64,000 nt of DNA, from NCBI GenBank assembly GCA_051294905.1, contig CM119376.1:13640001-13704000 (forward strand), written 5' to 3'. The stretch comes from Botryllus schlosseri. Its lineage: Eukaryota. Below, in pieces: positions 49,789-62,401 of this stretch (position 1 is its first letter; every line of letters starts with the position of its first letter). Below the pieces are notes generated by a model. That model made no database searches. It saw only the letters and a list, made by a program, of their open reading frames with translations, and was not told the origin of the DNA. The translations under genes and the position numbers were made by a program.

Positions 49789-52700
49789 GCATTTTTGAAG
49801 AGCCCTAATGCGCATACACAAATGTATCAGAAAAACAGAGGCTGGCAAGTTTTGAAAATCATTATGCCAACAAGACATAGCGATACATTCAAAATTGCAG
49901 TGCAGTAAAAAAAGCACAGCATCGAGTCGAAGCAACAACTGTCAAATCAAGTTGCAAAATTACGTTCACTATATGAGAATACCATAGGAAAAAAATTCAA
50001 AGTGGCAGGTTGAAGTTCTTCAATGACAGTAAAAAGACATGCACCGTTGCACACAAGGGAAATATCCGTTGATATTTAAGAATTAAGATGGCAAGTTTTG
50101 AAGGTGAAGAGGTAATACGAATGGAGATACAAAAAAAAAACAGGATGTTTTATTCTGGTCAATTGCTCGTTACGACATCCTCTATGTGCAGATCTGTCAC
50201 ACATTGAGCAAGGTGCAGTATAACAAACAAAGCACTTCTACTCGGGTTTCGCCTACTTGAACTGCATGTTTTTTCACTACTTCTACTTAGGTTTGTCAGA
50301 CATAACCAGTTAGATAGCTCCTAGAATGTAGTAAATAGTGAATGCAATTTAGAAATCGCACTATAATTGGAGTGCCATTATATATTTTTCGCGTACATCC
50401 TGCAGTTTTGAAAGCGGCCTCTACCAACTGCAGTAACCTGCAAGTGTGCGACTCGTTCTACTTTTGGAAAATACTCAAGTAGTCACAATTTCAGATCCAC
50501 CTTTACTTGAGCAGCAAGGATGACTCACTTTCACCCCTTTTTGATCGTATATACCGTGTCTAGAGCGGATGAAAATAATAATCAGCAGATTCAACTGTAA
50601 CTTGTAAAAAATTCCACAGCAAGCAATGCACACTTGCAACCAACAATCTCTCTAGCTGGAAATATCTTCAATCTTCATACAGGTTCAACTTGCAACGAGG
50701 TCAAAAGTTGGTATGAGGGAAATGACTTTATACTGCATCCTCTTCCTTGTTTGCGTAAGACTGAGACAGGATACGGACTTGTTCTGCATTCTTGTCCTAA
50801 AATAATTAGCAAGAAAATCATTACAAGCGAACATGAAACGATCCTTCAAAATGCTACCAATTCCGAACGCCTAGCAAAATTCATTCAAACACTGACAAAG
50901 TACAGCATACTATGCATAAACGCACAAATCATGAATATTAAAATTTATGATCATTATGGAACAGTGGACACTAGGGGTGTTCAAAAAAAACTTTTTTCAA
51001 ATTTGATTGGCTTAGCTGGCAAATCATTAGGTTACCTAAATTACCTTGCACAAAAAATTTGACTCATTTCAATTCGCAGATGCTGAGGTCATCCAATTAG
51101 AAATTTCCATCATTTTTCAAATAATAGTATTTACGGTGGAAAATTTCACCACTCCGACATGATCAAAATGCCTAAGATGTAGGGATGCTTTCTCCCACTC
51201 ATTTCCATCTTTACAGGGGCCTATGGTAGAGTTTGGATGAAGACATCGCCAGTTGACGAATAAAAGATATGACACGGATTAGCTGGAAATTAGTAGACTT
51301 CATTGAAATAGCTAATAGACACGTTCAAATGATGGTGATATACTTTGCAAATAAACTACTTTTCACACTAATATTAACGACCACGAAAATGAAAAAAAAA
51401 ACTGACACATAGGTAAAACAAGGGTAAATATATGAGTATGGTCATGGTCATAGGCGCCGAGTTACGGGGTGGCACCCCATTCAATATGCTGAAACGCCCG
51501 CCGTCTGCGATTTCAAATTTTCGTATATCTCTATTGTCTAGTCATCTCGATACGACATCAGCGCTGTCAATGAGCAAGTCCGTGATATCGCGTAAATGCC
51601 AACAATTTACCATTAACCGATACACACGCAAATAATTGAATACGCAGCTTCGTAGGCGGCGACAAACTAATGCTTGAAACGCCCCAATAAATTGTAACCC
51701 GGGATTTCGACATGCATTTGTCGTGTTGTCAGACTAGGTTCCGACCCATTGTGCTGTATTCAAGTTGGTGAATTACTGATTAGATGCGCCAGGTGAGGCC
51801 TACAATATTCGTATCGTAGGCCTCGGATGCGTGCTTTTTCGACTGCTATCATCTGTAGGCTACTAATTCTTGTCTGGTTTATACACTCGCATTTCCTCAA
51901 TGTCACGTGTCGGTGTTTGATTCGTTGATAATACTGCGTATTGTGCAGTGCAAGGCGTTGAATTACGTTGTCAAATAGTGATGCAACACGAGGTTTTCTG
52001 TGGCGTAAATTCTGAATTTATTCGATTAGTTCGAACGGGAACCTTCTATTTTCCAATACAATAAACTTCATTGCTGGACGGACTGGAGCTCAACCATATC
52101 GCGGATCGAATTTCAAACCATTTAGCGCGTCCGCATGCACGCTATAATCGCTGGCATGAAATATCACGTGCTCCAGGCTATGCCTGATATCGTTACCAGC
52201 CTTAACTATCGAGTCTACAGCAGGACTGGTGCATGTGATAACATCGCTGGCCTAAACTATAGCATCTGCTACAGACATCATATGATTTGCCTGCTATCTC
52301 TACTTATTTGATTGTTATGTTATACTGGCTTAAGACTGCCAGCGTCAAATTGAATAAACCTGAATCTGCGCAATTGGCCACGAACAGACGCAAACGAACG
52401 TAATTGATTCGCGCTAATACTGAAACATCAGAAGATGCATGTACTTAACCGTAATAAATGATGCTAACTTGGTAAATTTGAAGAAATTTCAAACCCCTCC
52501 CTTGTTTCATCTGGTCACCCTATGTAGAAATAGAAGTCGGCGCCTATGAGTATGGTTATGCAATATAACCATTATCCCCTCTGCGCAATATATTAAGACA
52601 ATCAATATTGCACCTACCTCGTACTGCTGATTTCTGTTTTTGGATGGTGCATGGCGCAACACCGATCTGACTTCAATCTCGTAGTCCTTTTCCGGAACAG

Positions 52701-53102
52701 TCGTAGGAATATTGCAACAAGCACCTAAACAGGAAGATTATAGTAAACAATTTATAGAGACGACAACTAGTTCAACCTACGATATATAATATATTGTATA
52801 AACTCAGTGCAAACAGACCTTTTTTCCCAGTTCTGCCCAACTTTATCAGTTGCCACTCTATTGGGAAACTCATGCTACTCAATTAAATATACCATATACT
52901 CACCATTTCCAGTAGGAAATTCCCAGCAGAATGAACCTAGACGACTCTCCAGGAAGGGCTACTTGCTGAGACAACGTATCTGAACAGATAAATAACAGTC
53001 AGTGGCAACTCAAACACGCAATAACGGGCATGGGTTGATTAAACGCAGTCAAATAATGGTAATCTTATAGCTGGTGAACAGAGCGCAAAATTTCATAAAA
53101 CA

Positions 53103-53765
53103 GGTCTCAATATAAAGCTACTTTCGCACTGATTCAGAAAATATAAATTAAAATCTGGTACGGGCACTAAAACCCCCCCGAAAATTGCTTTTAAAATCTG
53201 CATTGTTTCTAACAAAGGTAGCGGCAGTAGACAATGACAAATCAAATGTCTAGAACTGATTGTGACATCATTGAACGCCTTGGCGAAGTCGTGCTGAATA
53301 TATATTACAATGAAATTCAAGAACCGCTGTGCCGAATGGAACAAACTGTTTTGTAGATCGGTCTATTGCGTACCAAGAAATACGCGTTGATAGTAAATTC
53401 TACGATATATGTTCAAGCTTTTGTGCTATAATTTATACTTATCCAAAATTTTGAATGCGCGACGACGCATAAAATACACAAACTATTCATATTACGACTT
53501 ATTTGCGCTACAGCCATTGATACGACGCGCTATACTCTGAGAATCACGGGGAACACGGCAAGCGACTTCGCCAAGGCGCCCAGCCGCCCAATGATGTCAC
53601 AATCAGTACGAGACATTGAACGGTCATTGTCTACCGACGTTACCATTGATAGAAAAAATACCGACTTTGGCCTTTCGAGGGCGATTTCCGGGGCGTTCCA
53701 GTGCCCGGACCAGATTTTAATTTCTATTTTCAGAGTCAGTGCGAAAGTAGCTTTCGATTGAGACC
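53103..53765. mobile_element. Foldback-type MITE with ~190-bp imperfect inverted arms, nested in the CACTA-like element
   Basis: GGTCTCAAT..AAAGCTACTTTCGCACTGA..AAATTAAAATCTGGT.CGGGCACT and TGTGACATCATTG..CGCCTTGGCGAAGTCG are mirrored at 53563-53765. Confidence 0.75.
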
Positions 53766-56551
53766 CGTCTAATTAAATTGTTCATTCTGGTCCCCAGCTT
53801 TAGCATTAACGCCGAGTTATCAAATTGGAAGTTTCTACAGTCATCATTGCATGAGCTTAGCATAGAAAATTTCAAATAATTCATAACTTACATACGGTAT
53901 ACCCAGCTCAGCTTTCTAGACTATAAGAGTTAAATAATTTTTTTACAAATCAAACGGTCATAACTGCAGATGCTGTTTTGATACCACATGGAGGAAATAA
54001 GCTCTAACCTGCATTTGGTAAATTGGTGATGCACTGTCCGTAAAATCATGACATTACTGGCAGATTTCTTCCTTCACTTTTCTTCAAGATGCTGAGATTT
54101 TTTTCGAACTGTTTCGCCCGAGCTGCAGCAAGATCAGTATCACTGGCCGGGTGTGAATCCCGGTACGTTTAGCGTAATATATTTGGTGTGCAGTATCACA
54201 CCGTGAGAACAGTTAGTAGAATCTTTGGTGTGCACGAGACACCGATTCCATATTGGATCACTGGTATCAGTGGAACATGTGCGTTTTCTTTGAATCTTCT
54301 CGTGACCACCCGAATCAGACCTTGAATCGGAATCATATTTGGTAGATCTTCGTATCCGTCGTCTTTTCCCCGCATCCGATGCCGAGCTATCCAAGTTAGT
54401 ATTGCAATACTCAAACCATAGCGCTGGGTAGAATTGAATATCGGTACTTCAATACTATACAATTTTGAAGCCAAGCATTAATATCATGATTGAAATACCA
54501 GCAATCACGACTCTTGAGTAGGGATGTCTATCACTCAATTTGGGTTACGGGTCTCATTCAAAAATTCTGATAGCTTGCGGTCAGTCAAGTGTTACCTTCC
54601 AATCCATTTCCAGTTATTAATCACAAAACAGTAACTCTTACCTTATGTTGATCAAGAAATCAGGTTTGGTTACAATAAAAGGACGTACTATAACAGTATC
54701 AACTCTAAACCTACCTACCTACCTACCAACCTACCTACCTATACCGAACATCCGTCATAATAGCTCTTTAATACTATATAGGGATTCAATAACCAAGCGC
54801 ATTTTCGTTGTGCACATACGCCACTTCTGACTATAACCGTATCATTATCATTGACTGACTACACTGCTACAACCAGTGGTTATGGTTAAGTAATCACCGA
54901 GCTAAGTGGCACACAGCAAATGTCGAAAATGCTTCTCGCCGCTGACAACAATTCACTTCAAACAATCACGGTTCAAACTTCCCAGACGAAAATTTGAATC
55001 ACGTGAACTGGACTCGCTGCGCAATGCGCCACTGCGCATATGGATGAAAAAGGCTAATGATCTCATTCACTTCACGCATGGCGCGACGCACGAGGAAAGC
55101 TCGTCAATCGTTGAGTGGTATTCAGTGGGGTAACATCACTTAGCTATATAACATCGGTAAAACATTATGAGGTACAAAAATTGTAATTGTCAAATTGTAA
55201 AGTTTATTACATGCTCGAAATAAAAGTACGAAAGAGAATGTACCATTATCGAAGTCGATAATAGAGTATACCAATATTCAATATACCAGCATATAATGCC
55301 TGTAAATTATATGGCGATCAAGTCAGATTCACTGTGCGCAGTCGCCATTTCTGCCGACCCATTGAACGCATTCTAGTGAAAAACGCTAAACATCTCACGG
55401 CATGACGCACGCGAAAAGTTCGTAACATCTTTCTGTATTGCGAATGTTCACCGCAGGAACAAACAGTAACATGACAGCTAAAAGGGCACAGAAATGGCAA
55501 TGTTTAAAAGCTTGAAATGTAGGCCCGACAGTGAATATTGACCGTTCAATGCCAGCATGCATAATCCGGTTACGTGACGTCGCTATGAAGAATCACGTCC
55601 AGTGACGATTTTCCTTCAAATTCTATTGAAATATTTTGAAATACTGAAATGTGTGCAATTTGTGCATATCAGCGTCGGGAGTTATTGAGAGGTTGACTTT
55701 ATAGCTGAAACAAAATGGAGCTATCCTCACACTGTCCGAATATGATATCCATTGGAATTCTGATTCGCGCTTTCAGTGGACTATCCCGAATATCGGTATG
55801 TAAACGTGCGATTATCTTTCGAACTGTACTCTTGAAACATTTTGAAAGGATGAAATATGTGCCCTTATCAGCAAGAACTTGAGTGGTTGACTTTTTAGCT
55901 GATACAACATTGAAATATCCGCACACTGTCAGATTATGATATCCATTGGAAATTGAATTGGGACTTTTAGTGGACTATCCGAAATGATTTTCTGTATGTA
56001 TGTCCTAGGATATCCGAACTGGACATTTTCCAACTTGGATAGCCAAGTATTAGCCCACGTCTGTCCAACCGGACACTGGGACACTCGGACACTGCTTGGA
56101 TAGCCCTAGGCAATTATGTGTTTGCTGGGTTATACAAGTCTGATGGCAACAAAGAAGGTTTGTCACTACATGGCACTTATAGCTACACTGACTTCATTTT
56201 AAATCTGGATTACTCATACGACGCACGTTGGCCATTTATATATGAATTTCGTCAATAATATTGATATAGTTGCACATTTTATATCATACATTTATCGTTT
56301 CTCCAACCATTTGATCGATTTACAGATAGAGCTTATGGGAGGGGCCGGTGTCTTTGAACATTTAGCGCAAGTAATTGATATAATGATGAATCGGGTGGGC
56401 GCAGCATTGTTATCACTTTGTTGCAAGTTGTTATTACTTGACCTCCCATCAGGTTTGTCACAAAAGTCAAAATATATTGGAATTCTCTAAACGTACGAAA
56501 AAAATTGTGAGACACACACGATTCCAAAGGTCTTTTTTTTATTTAAAGAAA

Positions 56552-56758
56552 AATTTGGCACTTACCACCTGTTGGTCTTTTACACCACGGACAATAAAGG
56601 CGTAAGTAGAAATGAAAAGCAGATTTGCCGGTTTCAGATTTGCCGGTAGAGCTGAATTTGGCACTTACCACCTGTTGGTCTTTTACACCACGGACAATAA
56701 AGGCGTAAGTAGAAATGAAAAGCAGATTTGCCGGTAATCAGATTTGCCGGTAGAGCTG
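56552..56758. repeat. Recent 103-bp tandem duplication
   Basis: AATTTGGCACTTACCACC...GTAGAGCTG at 56552 and 56655, almost identical. Confidence 0.9.
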
Positions 56759-58007
56759 AGTGAGGTGTGTTTGAAAAGGTAGGACCACTCAATAATAATT
56801 AAACATCTTCGGGCGTATACCCGTTGGCAGAGGTGGTCAGTAACGAAGTACTTCTACTTTTCCGAAGTACTCAAGTAGTTTCCCGCTACTTCTGCTACTT
56901 ACACAAGTAGATCTGATTTTCTCTACTTCTACTTCTACTTCGTAATATTTTGTGATCTACTGACTTACTTTTCGCTATTTTCAGTTTGTCAAGTAGAAGT
57001 AGTCTAATCCTCCAATAAGAAAGACAGCTTGAGAAATTTTGGTGCTGTTTTCACGGAGTACCAACATTTAATTTTCATCTAAGTCAAGTGAAGCCCAGAA
57101 CTTTTGTTGCGCTTCGCGCACAGTAGTTATGGAGTGACAAATATGTTTACGCGAAAGTATACGGTGACTATAATTTATGTACCGAATTGCGTTGTTGCGC
57201 TCATACGGCATTGTCGCCCATATCAAATATTTCATCACAGCAAATATCTCCCGCCATAACGCTTGAAACTACCGTTTCACAATCTGGTAATTACCTATCG
57301 TATCGTAATCTAGCAGCCCCTGACGTGTGCTAATCTGGAAAGTTACACCTGTTTTAGCAGACCACCTTTGAAACTTTCTGCACAAAAGACATGGAATGTA
57401 TTTTCCTCTTTTTAAACGTGGTATTTGAATTTCTCTTTCAATTCCGAGAATCATACTTTGAGTTTTAATTACTTTCAGTTCTTTTTTCTGCAGAACAATC
57501 ATGTTGGAAGCATAAAAGCAAGTATAGTAATGCCTCCATTTTCCGAAAATAAGCTGCACTATATGGTAATTTTACGATCCACCATATTTTTTAATAACTT
57601 GGGCCTATACTAATCGCGCAAAGTGTTGAAACCGCATCTGATACAATTTCTCTGTTTTGCTCTTCGCCTAAACTAGGAGCCTTAAAATATGGGGTAGGCC
57701 GCCATGTAATGATATTTTCTAAAACGGGGTGTTCGAGTAAACAAAGGGTTAGGATCACATATTCATATCAATACTATAATCTGCATCCCATGATGCGGAC
57801 GCATGCTTGTTCTGTCGAAAATTGATACCTCCTCTCGTGGTATGCAATATGCATCAATGCGAATCACATTCCCGGCACCTTCCGCATAGCTAAATTTGCA
57901 GGTTTGACAGTCCATGCAAACGAATTGCGACCCTTTTCAAAACTACTCACTTACTTGAGTAGATTTAAAGTCAGTCAATTCTACTTCTTACTTGAAGTGG
58001 TTTGAAG

Positions 58008-59150
58008 CAGTGCTGGGATCAAGTCACTATACCTTCGAGTCACGAGTCATCTCGAGTCATTGCACATTTTGACTCCAGTCAAGTCAAGTCAATCGATTTT
58101 CGAAGGTGACTCGAGTCAAGTCAAGTCACGAGTCAAGTCACATTTCAAGTCAAATTGCCTTTTCGAAGTATGAGGCATGCCTACGCCATTGCATTTTGCT
58201 AGCTGTCTGAAATACAGATTGACTGGTCATTGATTTTGAACCGATGAACGAATATGAAGTTAAATATACACGTAAGACGGCGCTGTATCGCTTACATTTA
58301 AGTAGAAATGCTAAACTACGCAAGTATAATTGCATAGCCTCAGTTCATAGTTACCAGCCAAAATAGAGAAACGAATTGATAAGAGAGAGAGAGAGAGAGA
58401 GAGATGATATTCTTTTTCGCCTGCACCATCGAGATGCTTTTGACGACGGAGTGAGTGAGGTCATCTAGTCTGCGCCCCCGTTTTTTTCTCCTCCATGCTA
58501 TCCGTGATTGCTGAGCGCCTAGCAGGATAGCTGCGGATACCAATTTTCGAGTCTTTGGTATGACCCGGCCGTGGATCGAACTCACGACCTTACCGCTCGA
58601 GAAGCCGGACGCTTAACCATTACACTATCTCGCTCGGCATTACCCATTTACAAATGGATGATACAATTCGAGCCTGCACCAATCGTCGAGGACTATATAA
58701 ACTATCTTTGAATTTAATTTCAATAAAACAAACGGTTTGGTTCAGGTACAGAGAACAGTAATATACATTTTTTTTATTAAAATACTTTACTATACTAGTT
58801 TACGACAGAGTAAGCTGTAAGCTTCGATCACTTCGTAAGCGGTCAATATATTTGTGAGAGAGCAATGGGGAGGCTCAGTAAAACGCACGATCATTGAATG
58901 ATTGGTCGCTCTCACGGGTTACACCAGCGTTTCGCGAACAATCCGATTGCAAGATACAGTGATTTTTATCGACATCGATTGTTTGATGACTTGAAATTGA
59001 CTCGTGAATTTTCCTTCGAGTCACGATCCACATTTCTGATACGCCGAGTCAAGTCAAGTCAAGTCATTTTAACAAAGTGACTCGAGTCAAGTCAATGCAG
59101 ACGAAAAAGGTGACTCGAGTCAAGTCATGACTCGAGTCATCCCAACACTG
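58008..59150 (-). mobile_element. hAT-type MITE family A, copy 3, nested in family B
   Basis: CAGTGCTGGGAT...ATCCCAACACTG; exact 8-bp TSD GTTTGAAG (58000-58007 and 59151-59158); GACTCGAGTC repeats. Confidence 0.9.
58382..58638 (-). mobile_element. tRNA-derived SINE (MetaSINE-like), copy 4, nested in MITE A
   Basis: Reverse complement of copy 1 with a long (AG)n tail. Confidence 0.85.
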
Positions 59151-61201
59151 GTTTGAAGTTGCTTATGAAATAAGTACTTCTACTCGTACTTGAATAGATT
59201 TCTGCGTCGCTACTTCTACTTGAGTAGCTTTCTTGACTACTTTGACCACCTCTGCCCGTTGGCAGAAACGAAACAGCACCTCGTCAGGCCCCAAAAAACG
59301 TGGGTCTTTGGCTCCCATAGGGTGATAAAACGACCCCCCCATCAAGTTGTTCGCGTTTGTCACGAAATTATCTGTACTGTAGGCTATTGTGAGCCAGCGC
59401 GAAGCGCGAAAATCTTCGATAATTTATGATAATATCGGGCAATCAGATCGGCGATTGCATAAATATTATGCTCTCAATTTATTGTCCTCTCTACTCACGT
59501 AGGCTAATTAGATTTACCGGTAGAGCTGAGTGAAGTGTCTTGAAAACGGGAGGGCCTGTAAATAATGATTAAACATCTTCGGGCTGGCGGACCCGTTGAT
59601 ATGACTTCGTTACATGATGTTATTTCGTGACTTCCAGTCTGCTATATCAAAAAATATAGAATCGCCCAAACGTGGGCTTCTAAACTAAGAGACGCACACG
59701 ATTTCAAATTGGTATTTCGTCACTGACATAAAAATTTTCCCAGCGGGATGGTAGGCCTATTTGTCTTGTGAGGTTCAGATTGCAAAGACAGGAATATTCG
59801 GCGCCGGTCATTTATATTTATATTTTTTTCTGCTCCAATATATTTGAAGATATTTGGTGGAAAGCAGAAAATGTATTTCATGACTTTAGTTCAGAAAGTT
59901 TCAAAGGTGGAATGTTAAAACAGCTGTTAAACTAAAAAAGTCAGAGTCCACTTTGTCAGAATAGGACACGCCATGGACTGCTAAATTACGATATGATAAG
60001 TAAATGGTAGTTTCAAACGTTCTGATGATCCGATACTGTGATGAAATATTTCACATGGGCGAAGGGCGACAATGCGGTGTGAACGGAACCACGCCAACCC
60101 GCTACCTAAAATATATTCACCGATACTTTCGTGAAATCATAATGGTTATTCTGTATCCAGTGAGCGCGAAGCGCCACGAAAATTCTGGGCTTAACTCAAC
60201 TCTTCTGAAAATTAAACGTTGATAGTCCGTGAAAACAGCCCCAAAATTCTTCAGGTCATCTTCCTGATAGGAGGAATAAACTACTTCTACTTGACAAACT
60301 GAAAATAGCGAAAAGTAAGTAAGTAGATCACAAAATATTACGAAATAGAAGTAGCGAAAATCATATCTACTTGAGTAAGTACCCGAAGTAGAGAAAAACT
60401 ACTGGAGTACTTCGAAAAAGTAGAAGTACTTCTTTACTTGCCACCTTTGCCCATCATTGGCGTGTGCATTTTGCATCATCAGGACCCGAGCTATCGAGTT
60501 TGTTTTCGAATATCTACTAGTCGCTTTTCGAATGCTTTTTAGGGTAGTCCAACCAGATAATAAAATTGATCAAATTGCCAGTGCACCGGATTTTTCGCGG
60601 ACCAGAATATGAAATGCTCAGCTCACTTACTGATCGCGTTCCTTCGCGCAATGACATACATACAATATACATGTATATATACCATTGCCCCACTCACAGG
60701 AAGTTATATCAGTAAGTGTATAAAAGCATTATGGTTATATCATTGACGCAAACCAGTCAAAGTTGGAAATTAGAAACCAGCTTTCCACGCCGGATGTTCT
60801 AATCAAATCCTGCTTTTTTAAGCCCCTTGTCTTGTCTGTCTCCTTGTCACACTTGGCTTCATTCAGCGACCGCCGTCGTAGTGCGCTGGGCTTCGTTTCT
60901 GAAAGCGGAGTGCTATCAGTAAAGCGCACTGCGTAGGCTATATTAGTACAGACAGGCTCATATGTTTGGGCATGTCGAACCATTTGGTTGTTCTTTTTCT
61001 CATCACTAGGTTCTGGTCTTACATCAAATCGTGGAATCGTCGCAGCTTGACCTACCGCACTCAAATTGAATTCATTGTTATCTGTTAATTGTCACAGGTT
61101 GCGTCAGGTTAGGTTCTTATACTTAATAGACAACTGATTTAGGTTGGATCAGCGTACTTGTGAGTGTGACCGTTTATTGAAGAAAATTTTACTTATCTCA
61201 A

Positions 61202-61639
61202 ATGGCGGGTGGCATACCAGGAATGATGGATGTAAATGCAATCAAGACAGAAGTCCAACCAGTGATGATGTCTCAAGGTCCATCAAGTAGCCATCAACAA
61301 AGTGTAGACGATGATAAAATACTGAGCAAACACAGACTTAACGAACTAGTAAAGGAGATTGATCCTAATGAACAGCTTGATGATGATGTGGAAGATATGT
61401 TGATGCAAATTGCCGATGATTTCATTGAAAACATAGTAAGTGCTGGTTGTGATTTAGCCAAACACAGAAACGGGACTGTATTGGAAGTTAAAGATTTAAA
61501 ATTGCATTTGGAGAATCGATGGAACATCTCAGTACCAGGCTATTGCACTGATGAAATAAGGTCATTCAAGAAACCGTCCATCACGGAAGCTCATAAACAA
61601 AGACTAGCACTTATTCGGAAAGTATCCAAAAAATCATGA
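61202..61639 (+). CDS. TAF12: TFIID subunit 12 (histone fold), 145 aa, single coding exon
   Basis: ILSKHRLNELVKEIDPNEQLDDDVEDMLMQIADDFIE...LAKHR...LEVKDLKLHLE..WN..VPGY...EAHKQRLALIRK; AATAAA at 61649. Confidence 0.95.
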   Translation: MAGGIPGMMDVNAIKTEVQPVMMSQGPSSSHQQSVDDDKILSKHRLNELVKEIDPNEQLDDDVEDMLMQIADDFIENIVSAGCDLAKHRNGTVLEVKDLKLHLENRWNISVPGYCTDEIRSFKKPSITEAHKQRLALIRKVSKKS

Positions 61640-62401
61640 AATGATGAAAATAAAACCATAATACTCATACTACTTATTATTTAGCAATGTCAATTTCCTT
61701 TGAGACTGCTTAAGATGCTATCGAGGGACATTCATCTGGTTCTGCCCATGATGTAGGATACTTCTTGACTTGAATATGTCAGTTACTTAATAATATTCGC
61801 TTGTTGGACTGGACCTTCTTAGCTTAGCGTGTACATTATTTATTTCAGCGGCATCTAATGAAACGTTAAGTATAATTATTTCCACTTCTGTGTATCTAAA
61901 GTATTCTGAATGGAGTACCTTTGCCAGAGAGATATGATGTATCTTTGTTCTTGTTACCTTACCGACCAATTTCGTCATTTTTCGGCTGGTATTTCAACTA
62001 TATACGGAAAATATTTTGGATGCAAGGACATTTCCAAAGAAGTTCTAGAAATGACTGTTTCAGCCTAAATTTTCAAGCATTCCCACTGTTCACCATAGCA
62101 CGTCCGGTTAAGGCTTTTTGGTGTATTTTTCTTGTCCAATGTCCGCTTACAATATGTGTATTTACAGTGTGCACTTTGTGCTGGCACTGCATAGTGCATA
62201 CAACCTACATATTTCAAGAATTTTGAAAATATTTTGCAGCATAGATTGTGCATTGAAAAAAGATTGTCTTGTAATTAGCCTTTTGTGGATGTGCTATATA
62301 ATTAATTTTATGATATAACTACTCAGCCCAAAATACTCATGTTGATGTAACTGCTATCACAATTTTTGTATCTTGCAGATAAATTATTCACATACCTGTA
62401 G

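Larger units (their letters stand above)
48788..56129 (-). mobile_element. Decayed CACTA/EnSpm (CMC)-like DNA transposon, 7342 bp
   Basis: Perfect 14-bp TIR CCCAGCAAACACAT; 2-bp TSD TT; subterminal GGAT/ATCC/GGACA repeats; minus-strand relics KRRRIRRSTKYDSDS, GKK..F.LSLYNILYIV|GACCNIPTTVPEKDYEIEVRSVLRHAP (DUF4806-like second gene) and SFPS..L..V..LKIFPAREIVGCKCALL (transposase C-terminus-like). Confidence 0.7.
56828..59254 (+). mobile_element. Family B hAT element (full length, with nested inserts)
   Basis: TIRs CAGAGGTGGTCA / TGACCACCTCTG; exact 8-bp TSD CCCGTTGG (56820-56827 and 59255-59262); CTACTT/AAGTAG subterminal repeats. Confidence 0.9.
47129..60449 (-). mobile_element. Family B hAT element split by ~12 kb of nested insertions (halves 47129-~47675 and ~59830-60449)
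   Basis: TIRs CAGAGGTGGTCA at 47129 and TTGCCACCTTTG ending at 60449; exact 8-bp TSD CCCATCAT (47121-47128 and 60450-60457); the halves are reverse complements of the two ends of 56828-59254. Confidence 0.8.

Noticed and set aside
54480-54620. Several in-frame TGA codons at positions where Trp would fit, suggesting a variant genetic code
   Set aside because: They lie inside a decayed transposon with other stops and frameshifts; TGG>TGA mutation is sufficient, and host genes use TGA as stop.
60735-61064. 109-aa minus-strand ORF divergent from TAF12
   Set aside because: No family match, weak acceptor and no downstream exons found; the plus strand shows acceptor/donor sites consistent with the TAF12 5' region.
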